This document shows positions 53,761 to 64,000 of a stretch of 64,000 bases of DNA, piece by piece. Source of the DNA: Octopus sinensis. Lineage: Eukaryota. Under the pieces are notes generated by a model. That model had not been told where the DNA came from, did no database searches, and was given only the letters and a program-made list of their open reading frames with translations. Position numbers and translations under genes: made by a program. Within the stretch, counting starts at the first letter, position 1, and each line of letters begins with the position of its first letter. Location of the stretch: positions 74,834,001 through 74,898,000 of the forward strand of contig NC_042998.1 in NCBI RefSeq assembly GCF_006345805.1, written 5' to 3'.

Positions 53761-53769
53761 TTCAGTTTT

Positions 53770-55248
53770 GCTGCTGCTCATACAATTCCTACTGTCACAC
53801 TTTTCAATAATTCCCACAGTTCATCTTGGTTCTCCTTCACGCCACATCTCCAATAATCTTCCAGAGGTTTTCTATAGGGTTGAAATCGAGACTTTGAGGT
53901 GGCCAGTCCATGAGATCAACTTCTTCATCATTCAAAAAATCTTTGAATCTCTTCGCAATGTGACAGGGAGCGTTGTCTTGCACGAAGATAGGAGGTTGAA
54001 CTGACGAATATTGGAGATGTAGAAGGGCATGCTGTCTGAGAATCTGCTTTTAGATTTGACAGTCCCTTGTAGGCGAATAAATGGACCAGGACCAACAGCA
54101 GAGATTACGCCTCATACCATTACACTGTCTCCTTCAAAATTCCTTGTCTTATTCACACATGCACGAGATAACCTTTCGCCACTTCGACGGACGTACATCC
54201 CACCATCAGAACCAATAACATTAAAATTCGATTCAGTGCTAAAATGAACCTGCGACCAGTTCTTCTGTCCAAACGACATGTTCGTGAGCAAAACGAAGAC
54301 GGGCTCTTTGAGTCTTCTTGGAGATCAGAGGTTTCTTTGCCGGTGCTCGTGCAAGCAACCCAGAACCACGTAACCTCCGATAAACTGTTTTGCGCGATAC
54401 GTTGGCATTGGAAGTGGAGATAAACTCGCAGGATATCTCAGTAGCACTCTTAAACCTATCCTTCAAGTGGCATTCTAACCATAATATGATCCGGTCTTGG
54501 TGAAGTTTTACACGGTTTACTGGTTTGGAGTTTAGCGTCTGTCAATCATGATGACTTAAAACGATCTACAATTCGTTGTACAACACTTCTAGACTTTGCT
54601 ATAGTATTTGCTATCACAGAATTTGACTTGCCCTCTTTGTGAAGGAAAATTATCATTGGTTTTTTCATCACAGGAAACCGGTCGTCTCTCAGAAGCCGCC
54701 ATGTTGATTGTTGAATGTTCCAATAATGTAAGATCATAAGAAGTAACTGTTAGCCCATTATCAGTCTTCTAACTGTTAGCCTATTATCAGTCTTCTAACT
54801 GTTAGCCCATTATCAGTCTTCTAACTGTTAGCCCATTATCAGTCTTTTAACTGTTAGCCTATTATCAGTCTTCTAACTGTTAATCCATTATCAGTCTTCT
54901 AACTGTTAGCCCATTATCAGTCTTCTAACAGTTAGCCCATTATCAGTCTTCTAATTGTTAGCCCATTATCAGTCTTCTAACTGTTAGCCTATTATCAGTC
55001 TTCTAAACAACAAATACCTCGGTTAGTAGTTCATTTTTTCTAAGAGGCATCGCTGCGATTTGGAAGATTGTTTATTTCTTCATAACTTACGAAATATTTA
55101 TTCCATTCACTTGAGAGTTTCATGAAAGATAGATATTAGATATATCTAAATATGTGTAACATATCTAGTCGGAATGTTTTGTTAATCTTCTATAACAAAT
55201 ATTTCAATACACTTGTTCTTATTGACCCTTATATTATGGCCGCTACTG
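53770..55248 (-). mobile_element. Tc1 (DD34E) transposon, decayed; 5' TIR present
   Basis: VSRKTVYRRLR, KKPLISKK, HFSTESNF (first Asp mutated), IFVQDNAPCH...WPPQSLDFNPIENLW (34 residues D to E, hand count). Terminal CAGTAGCGGCCATAAT on minus strand at 55248 with TA at 55249-50. Confidence 0.9.
54745..55004 (+). repeat. Minisatellite, 10 x 26 bp (AACTGTTAGCCCATTATCAGTCTTCT)
   Basis: Ten contiguous units, 0-2 substitutions each, no spacers. Confidence 0.95.
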
Positions 55249-55256
55249 TATATTGC

Positions 55257-55317
<61 letters not shown>

Positions 55318-55327
55318 TTATAGAAGG

Positions 55328-55378
55328 AGCTTCTACAGGACTAGAACTGTTTCATTCAAAAGAAATCATCAGGAAGCT
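55328..55378 (-). ncRNA. Type I hammerhead ribozyme motif, CUGAUGA core, GUA site (same family as 31850-31904)
   Basis: AGCTTC-CTGATGA-tTTC-tttt-GAAt-GAA-ACAG-ttctagtc-CTGT-A-GAAGCT. Confidence 0.72.
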
Positions 55379-55570
55379 AGGTGACAAGAGTAGTTTTGGC
55401 ATTTATACATTTAGGCAGGTTTAAAGGGGTGGTGGTGGGGGACTTTTTGGGGGTAGGCATGGCGCAAACTATCATTCTTAGGGGAGTGGTCAAAGGAATC
55501 GGTGGTAAAGTAGATAAAAGAATAAATAAAAGAATAAAAGAATAAATAGAAAAATAGAGTTTTAGGTAAG

Positions 55571-55621
55571 TAAGGAGACTCTCACATATACATATACATA
55601 TATATACACACACATATACAT

Positions 55622-55666
<45 letters not shown>

Positions 55667-56830
55667 CATGTACATATACACATACACACACACATACACA
55701 CATGTATACATATACATACATACATATACACACATATACATACATAGACATATACATATATACACATACACATACGTACACGTACATATGTACCCATATA
55801 CATGTTTCTACGTACACGCCCATAGCCATACTCATACATACACTTATATATGTCTACACACATATATATATAAATAAAAGGGGATATACACCCCCATACA
55901 CACACGCTCCCATATCCATATATATATATATATACATACACATATATACACACACACCCATATACACATATATATACATACATACACATACATACCATAT
56001 ATGTATATATATACATATATAGGTATGTATGTGTATGTATGTATATGTAAGGAGACTCTCACTTATACATATACATATATATATACACACACATATACAT
56101 ACACATATATATATATATATACATATATATATGCACACACATGTACATATACACATACACACACACATACACACATGTATACATATACATACATACATAT
56201 ACACACATATACATACATAGACATATACATATATACACATACACATACGTACACGTACATATGTACCCATATACATGTATCTACGTACAGCCCATAGCCA
56301 TACTCATACATACACTTATATATGTCTACACACATATATATATATAAATAAAAGGGGATATACACCCCCATACACACACGCTCCCATATCCATATATATA
56401 TATATATATATACATACACATATATATATACACACACCCATATACACATATATATACATACATACATATACATACCTATATATGTATATATATGTGTATA
56501 TGGGTGTGTGTATATATATGTGTATGTATATATATATATATATGGATATGGGAGCGTGTGTGTATGGGGGTATATATCCCCTTTTATTTATATATATATA
56601 TATATATACATATATAGGTATGTATGTGTATGTATGTATGTATATGTGTGTGTATGTATGTATGTATATGTGTGTGTATGTATGTATGTATATGTATACA
56701 TGTGTGTATGTGTGTGTGTATGTGTATATATGTATATGTCTATGTATGTATATTTGTGTGTATGTATGTATGTATATGTATACATGTGTGTATGTGTGTG
56801 TGTATGTGTATATGTACATGTGTGTACATA
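55571..56830. repeat. ~477-bp tandem duplication followed by an inverted copy, built from low-complexity (CA/TA) sequence
   Basis: TAAGGAGACTCTCAC at 55571 and 56048; unique anchor AAATAAAAGGGG...CTCCCATATCC at 55872 and 56346, inverted at 56544-56590. Confidence 0.85.
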
Positions 56831-56831
56831 T

Positions 56832-57222
56832 ACCACATGATTCTGGGTTCAGTCCCACTATGTGGCACTTTGGGCAAGTGTCTTCTACTATACTCCGGGC
56901 CGACCAAAGCTTTGTGAGTGGATTTGAAAACGGAAGCTGAAAGAAACCCGCCGTATATATGTATTTGTGTGTGTGTGTGCATTTATATATATATATGTGT
57001 GTGTGTGCGTGTGTGTCTGTGTGTCTGTGTGTCTGTGTTTGTGTTCGTCGCTCCGTCACCGCTCGAGAACCGGTGTTGGTATGTTTACATCCTCGTAATA
57101 AGTACGGAATAAGTACTAGACTTACAAAAAATAAGTCATGTGGTCGATGGCTTCGACTAAAACCCTTTAGGGCGGTGCTCCAGCATGGCCACAATCAAAT
57201 TACCGAAAGAAAAGAATGAAAG
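56832..57222 (+). mobile_element. Family A SINE, 5'-truncated
   Basis: Colinear with 25161-25563 from ACCACATG onward. Confidence 0.85.
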
Positions 57223-59378
57223 GAATTTGAAAAAACAATTGTATGTGTACATAAGCATATATGCGCGCGCGTGTATGTTTGCATATATGTATATAAGGCG
57301 TATGTAAAATATATACAATGTGTTTACACCTTCAAATCATTGCCGATGCTGTAACCGGATGTGAATGTTAAGACAGCTGTAAACATACAGAATGAGATGA
57401 CCTGACGATTCCAACTCATGGTTTCCAGTAGAATGAAATTACACAATATGGGAATTCCGGTGCGCATGACAAACGGTTCTCGTCTGCTATGATCTTTGTG
57501 TCTGCTTTATGCACCAAACGCCTATACCAGAGGATCTTCCCGCATTCTTACAAGATAAGCACGATAAGATGGATATAAAGATTACCTTTTTGTAGTAATA
57601 CAGCTCTTGTCGCAAATAATTTATTACCTTTATTACTTCTGGAGTTCCTTCCTATTAGGGAAAGGCACCATTTCCTATTTCCTATTTGCTATTAAAGTCA
57701 TCTTGTAAGGACATATTTTTATACAGTAATTAGTAATAAATTGTTTGTAATATGTCAATAAAAGAAACACTTTCATGAATATTATGAACATTCTTTTATA
57801 AAGCTATCCTCCTGATTGTATATTTAATGTCAGAAACCATCCAGGAAACTTCTCCACGCTCGTTCGACCAACTAAAAATAGCTGTCAAAAGTCTGAGATA
57901 TTCACGACAAAATTATAAATTCAATCGTGGGTCTGTTTTGAAGTTGGCTCCTAGCTATTTGCATCACCAACTACAACATTTACCGTTAGATTCAAACGAA
58001 CATATATTTCATTCTTCCCTGTTTGAATGCCATAATACTAACTTTCAACTTTATATACTACTAAGAGATACCAGCCTAATCATTTATATATTCTTATATT
58101 GTTAACATACTAATTTAGATAGAGAATAGAGATCCCATTTTAACCATTTGTAAAATTGTTATAGTATTCATTCTGAATTTTTTAGATACAGATCAGATTC
58201 TCAATAGTAATTAGTTATGGAATCGAATTTTCAATGTTTTTCTTTTTTTACAGAGTTGTAGATTCTATTCAATTTGTATTGGACAACATGCTAGATATAA
58301 CGAAGTTTTGCGTGTATAGAGAGAAACAACTACCATTCTATGATGATTACTTTTCATTATATAAGATTACTTATAATTCTTAGCCGAGAAAATGAGCTAT
58401 TGTTTTGTTCATGCCTTTCTAAAAGACATTAATGCAATGCTGTGTTGATTAGTTAACGAAAACAAGACATGTTTTCAAGTAACACATACAATGTGACTAC
58501 TATCACCTCGTTAAATCCACTGTTAATTAATAGGAACGACTTCATTAATGAAATAAACCAGTTGATTCAGAATAATGTTCAACTTTTTTGGCAATGTACT
58601 TTATTTTCTAATAATTCCTGCCGTTTAGGTGATGTATTTCAGTAAAAAATTTACACTTTTCGTACTCATTAAGTAGAATATTTTTCATACCTGTATTTTG
58701 CATTTGTTCTTAAATTTCAACAGTGGATAATTAAGACATATCTTAATCGACGTAAATTTGAAAAGTCTGAACTTTTTGCCTAATTACCCTAAATGTTTGT
58801 TTATCATTTTTACAACATAAAATCAAGGTAAAAGGCATCATCGGTCACTACATAAAAAGAATTTGTTATCGGAATAAATACCCCATCAACATATATCATT
58901 ATTTATCTTTATGTTACATCGATATTTCACTATCATGTCATTTTTTTATGTTTTCGATATCATTTTAATTATAGAGTTACACAAACTAAAGACCCATTAA
59001 AAAATAAACATCAAATCTACAAAAATGTTCAATCAAAAGAAGTGAGATAAAAAACAAAATGGAAAAAAAAGAAACATTGAAAGTGAAATAACTACAAAGG
59101 TTAATAACAAACAAACAAAAAAAGACATTTAATGCTTATTTAGAAAAATATTACAAGTTATGAATCCTAATTTTCTCTCTTCTGATATATTTGTGCGTGT
59201 GTGTGTGTGTGTGCATGTACGTGTGTGTGTGCATGTGCGTGTGAATGTGTGTGCGTATGTTTGCGTGAATATGTGTGCGCTTGTGCGTGTATGTGTGAGT
59301 GTGTGTACGTGTGCGTGGGTGTGGGTGTGTGTGCATATAGACATACATATGCATAAATGTATGTCTATATATACAATA

Positions 59379-59491
<113 letters not shown>

Positions 59492-60845
59492 GCCAATGAG
59501 CTGGTTTCGATCTCTTTTAGTACGAAAACTTTTGCTCTACAGGTTTTACCCCGAAATGTGATATCACTCCACATTTCGCCAACGAAGTGTAGTTTATCAC
59601 CTATCACGTTTTTCTTAACGTAGGTTTCTCAATTCGTATCCACATGTCGGTATAAATAATCGAGACGTGGCTACCAATATCTAGTTGTAATTTAATATTC
59701 ACTTCCTTTATCTTTACATATACAAATTTCCTCTTTTTGATGTCGCTTCTACTTTCCGTTGAGAAAACTTTACAATTTTTTATGTTCAGCCTTCCTAAAT
59801 TTTCTCTACATTGTGAGCTTTTGTACCCTATGTTTAGGCAACTGTAACATTTTTTTTTGTTTTGAAAGAAAAATCCTTCCTGAAATGTAGGTCTCTAGAT
59901 CTGTGGTATAGGCTTGGTCTTAACATTTTCTTTATTGTTTATACCTTCCCGATCGACATGCGTGTACTTGTGAGAAATCCTCTTAAATTTTCTGTACGTC
60001 ATGACATAAGTTTATGATTCTTTAACACTCCTCTGCAACTGTCTGCAGGGTTAAAGTCTCGTCCGTTTGTTCATGTTTTATGAGAATTCCTGCACGTATC
60101 TCCACACCTTTGTTTGCCGTAAGCCCTTGTACAAAAATGAGGCATTTGAACATACCAGCAGTTAGTTCCTTCAGTTTAAACCAAGTCTTCACTCACTCTT
60201 TTAACTAGATTCCAACACTCCCATCGAGTGTTAAATAGGGAATTCTTATCACTGAATATTTTTGATAGTAGTTCGACTGTTTCCTGGAAACAAGATTCAC
60301 TAGTTTTTTGGAGTAGTATGAAATTACAATATTTTGCATGTTCAGCCGGCGCTAATTTACATAATAACGGTCTTACGTTTTCGTTGTCCGTCCACGACTT
60401 GCAATCTTCAATGGAGATTTCTTTGTACCGTTTAAAGTACATTGCAAACGTTATTCCTTCCTCTGAGTCATAACTGAATTCCCTTTTAGAGTTCGATACA
60501 CCGTCTGTTGGAAACGAATTTAGGATATTTCCAGACTTCCTTATTAATTCCAGCAACTATTGTTCGACTTTTGGGAACTGTCGTTTGACTCTTGAGTACT
60601 GTTGTTCGACTCTCGAGTACTACTGTTCGACTCTTGGGTACTGTTGATCGACTCTTTCTTCTGTTGCTGTTGCACTGAAACTGATTGAGTTGAAGTTGTT
60701 GTTGTTGTTGTCGTTATAGTTGTTGGTGCAGCTACTGTTGCTGTTGCTTTTGCAACTGTATTATAGAAGGTAATAGGTATTCCATCATTAAAAACTTTGT
60801 ATCAAAAACAGTGGCCTGCGTAAGCTTCGAAACCTAGTTGCCAAT
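59492..60845 (-). mobile_element. Ty3/gypsy LTR retrotransposon fragment: PBS-like site, gag, aspartic protease
   Basis: PBS-like TGGCAACTAGG (60843-60833); ATG 60785 with Q-rich start; FSYDSEEGITF...SLFNTRWEC...FKCLIFVQGL (gag); RKFVYVKIKEVNIKLQLDIGSHVSII (protease, DTG-like). RT/integrase absent; element ends at (GATA)n. A possible LTR extends to ~61060. Confidence 0.8.
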
Positions 60846-61373
60846 ATTATAACGCAATATTCAATATTGTAGTATTACCATTATTTATGACGATACTTGT
60901 TTATACTATAACCGTGTAGTAACAATAAATTATATAACAAATCAGAGTAACAACAACGTAACAATCCAATAAATTTTCCACGAACTATACAAGAACCAAA
61001 ATACGATATTCCGACAAACTGCCAAAACGACACCATACGACTGCATGCCATTAACGCCTACTCATTTCTTAACTACGGCACAACACAGAGGGGGGACACT
61101 ACAAGGACAGACAAAACACCACAATGGGGACACAAACCATAAAACGAATGAAAATGGGATGTTATATAAAAATGAAGAAATGAAATGGCTGCATGGGCCT
61201 CATTCCTATGCAATACCATTTGAACGTTTCTGTACACTATTTACAATCGTTCTATTTTTCTTATTGTTTTTTCTTTTTCTTTTTCTCTCTTTTTTTTTAA
61301 ATGAAACACTTACTCTTTTTCCCTTTTTTTCCTTTCAACAGAACAAGTTTAGTTACTTTTTTTTACCTTTTTA

Positions 61374-62575
61374 ATACTTCATGATAGTCTCCAAGTCTTT
61401 TAGCTTTACTACTGGTGGCAATTCGTCGAGCTCCACCAACATTCCAGGCCGGTCAATCTCGTTTTCGCACATGTCACTTATTTTATTGTAAATGTATTTG
61501 TCGACCACGATGGCCTTCACTTTTTCAGAATACATATCCGTGGGTAACTTCACCCTTATGATATGCTTAAATTTTCAAATTTTCTTTTCCGTTTCTTTGC
61601 TTTTCGCATACGATACGAAATTCCACCGATTTTTTCCTCTTTTTCGTTTTCTCTTTTCCTGCTTCACTTCTGGTACCCTTTCCTTTTCTTTCTCCACTCT
61701 GAATAGTCTCTCCATTTCACCCTTATACAGTTACACTCCTAAATCTCTTCCTTCCGCTGGAATTTACCGAATCTTCTCCTTCTGCAACTCCTTCTCGAAC
61801 ACTTTTTCAATTTCTTTTTCACTTTGCTTCTCCACGACCATTTTGTCTTTCTTCCTTCTGGCCACATCTTCTATTTCCACCTCTTCTTTCTTCTTTTTTT
61901 CTGCTCCCCCCCATGCCAAACACTACGGCTGTCATCAGCCATGCTTCCTTCAGCTCTGGGGCCACCCCGCCAAATCGCAGTCCGGCCACACTCTCACCAT
62001 AGCAGAACGGCAAAGCACCCACTCCTCCGATCCCACCGCCTCCGTGGAGTGCCCAACCCCCCTCCTCCACAAAGCGCACCCCCACGGTGGTGCACCTTCT
62101 TCCTCCTGTCATGAATGTTGCTAGCTCTTCATCACTTCCCAAACACTCTTCAATCGCCTCCTCCGTCGCCACTTCCATCCTCCTCGTTGCCATCCTCATC
62201 GTCCTGAACACCACCGTCCCTTCTGCTACATTACCTATCAATTCCGCAGGCGGCTCCAACTCCAATGCACCTCCGTCTCCCTCCAGCAACCCCTTACACT
62301 CCCTCACTCTTTCTGGCTCCACCCTCACTTTACGGACCTCCAGTGCCTCCGCCTCCATTCCCCTTCTAGCCGCGGCCGCACAACTGTGACCACCCGCCGG
62401 CGCCCCCTCCACCCCAATGGGAAAAAATAACAATTCACAACAACAACAGCAACAATCAATGAAACAAATATCCAGCGCTACAACTTACGACAAAAACACT
62501 CCGCCACGAACAACCCAAACCATCTGCGATTGACGTCTAACATGTCTCTCACTCAGACCGCTATTATTTATAGTC
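61374..62575 (-). mobile_element. GC-rich ORF remnant, putative LINE (L1/Tx1-like) ORF1 with upstream TATA-like motif
   Basis: ORF 61819-62433 continues through stops in a K/E/R-rich stretch to ORF 61371-61553; TATAAATA at 62572-62565. Family assignment tentative. Confidence 0.4.
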
Positions 62576-63308
62576 GTTCGGTCAAGTCTATTCTTACAGT
62601 GGGTATCGTGCCTCTCGCCATAACAGAGCACATATTCTGTTTTCTTTATTTCGCAATGTTACTGATTACCATAAAACGTCAAAAATTTCGTTGAACTTCT
62701 GTCGCTTGGTTTCCAAAGAATACTAGTCGCGAACAGTGATTATAATTATTTTTATTTATGTTCTTAATGAGTAAAAGGGATTCTCTACGATGTTTTAGTT
62801 TCAACACACAGTCTGTGATGAAGTAACTGGCATTCTAAACGGACCTTGGGATATTATACGAGATAAAAATCTCTCTATGCTTAATGCTTACTAGTTTGGT
62901 ACTTAATGTTTTCTGTAGTTACTGCAGCTTATTTTAGCCTTTTCCATTTAGTTCATCTGCGATCCTTTGTCGATATTACAAGAGTTCAGCTGAGACGATT
63001 AACAAAGACATACTTAAGAGGTAGTACCAAATTCTGTTGGTGTGTTTTTTTTTTGTAGAAAGACAAAAGAAAATTTGTAATGGAACAATTATAAAAGCTA
63101 AAGAGGTTTAATACCCCATTTTGTTCTTTTATGTATTAAAAAAAGGAATAATGTATTAGAGAAGCAAAAATCGACGGGCGTTTGCGTCTTCTCCCATCAA
63201 TATTATTTTTTTCATCAATATCATTTTTTTCATCATTCATCTCATTAATGTTTCTGTCCAGCCCGCAAGCTACACTGTGTCATGCCTTCATGGCAACATT
63301 TTGAAATA

Positions 63309-63703
63309 AAGTAGCTTGCTTATCAACCACATGCGTGGTACTTTGGGCAAGTGTCTTCTACTATAGCCTCGGGCCGACCAAAGCTCTGTGAGTAGATTTG
63401 GTAGACGGAAACTGAAAGAAGCCTTTCGTATATATGTATATGTATACATAAATGTGTGTGTGTTTGTGTGTTTGTGTGTCTGTGTTTGTCCCCCCTCCCA
63501 ACATTGCTTGACAACCGATGCTGGTGTGTTTACATCCCCGTATCCTAGCGGTTCGACAAAAGATACCGATAGAATAAGTACTAGGCTTACAAGAATAAGT
63601 CCTTGGGTCGATTTGCTCGACTAAAGGCGGTGCTCCAGCGTGGCTGCAGTTAAATGACTGAAACACGTAAAAGAGTAATATAAAAAGTAAATATAAAAGA
63701 GTA
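63309..63703 (+). mobile_element. Family A SINE with 5' truncation and 21-nt deletion removing the B box
   Basis: AACCACATG|CGTGG versus AACCACATGGTTCCGGGTTCAGTCCCACTGCGTGG at 25.2 kb. Confidence 0.85.
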
Positions 63704-63745
63704 ATATATGTATATATATATATATATATTATATATATATATATA

Positions 63746-63797
<52 letters not shown>

Positions 63798-64000
63798 TTC
63801 TAATATATAAACATCTAGAAGTTATATAATGTCATTGTTTTTCACACAGTTTTCAGACTTCTTATACATTAATATTTACATTATATGTTTTCAAAAACTT
63901 ATTTATAGTCATTGATCTTTTGGACGTATCTTCAACAAAGGAATTCCGACTTCGTTAATATGTAAGAAGCGTCATACAAAACTGTAACGCAGAAGTGTTA

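Noticed and set aside
54745-55004. CRISPR-like array
   Set aside because: Units are contiguous with no spacers, there are no cas genes, and the context is eukaryotic.
61800-62420. Bacterial contamination or horizontal transfer suggested by high GC
   Set aside because: It is contiguous with host-type repeats, has poly-purine bias and stops downstream, and lacks bacterial gene features.

Overview
Eukaryotic, strongly AT-rich, microsatellite-dense genomic DNA. The SINE families and repeat landscape look like Octopus/coleoid cephalopod DNA (inference from recalled repeat sequences). I found no intact host gene, rRNA, tRNA gene or CRISPR array; most ORFs in the supplied track are translations of microsatellites. 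The window is a transposon graveyard. It holds a young, frameshifted Penelope-like element (PLE; RT + GIY-YIG) with ~280-bp inverted terminal arms (39.7-43.0 kb) and many PLE terminal fragments. It also holds two R4/Dong-like LINEs, mariner (DD34D), Tc1 (DD34E), maT-like and Tigger/pogo DNA transposons, a decayed Helitron helicase absent from the ORF track, a Ty3/gypsy gag-protease fragment, a putative LINE ORF1 and at least three tRNA-derived SINE families. The most striking hidden layer is 13 type-I hammerhead-ribozyme (HHR) motifs that I could fold by hand, on both strands, from several PLE families. They include canonical cores, a U3-A8 covariant core (4 copies), C4 and U6 variants, and an ORF-less ~670-bp foldback element carrying one outward-facing hammerhead per arm. 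PLE-associated minimal/dimeric HHRs are a known phenomenon; the local variants and the foldback architecture are what merit follow-up. Self-cleavage is predicted from structure only.
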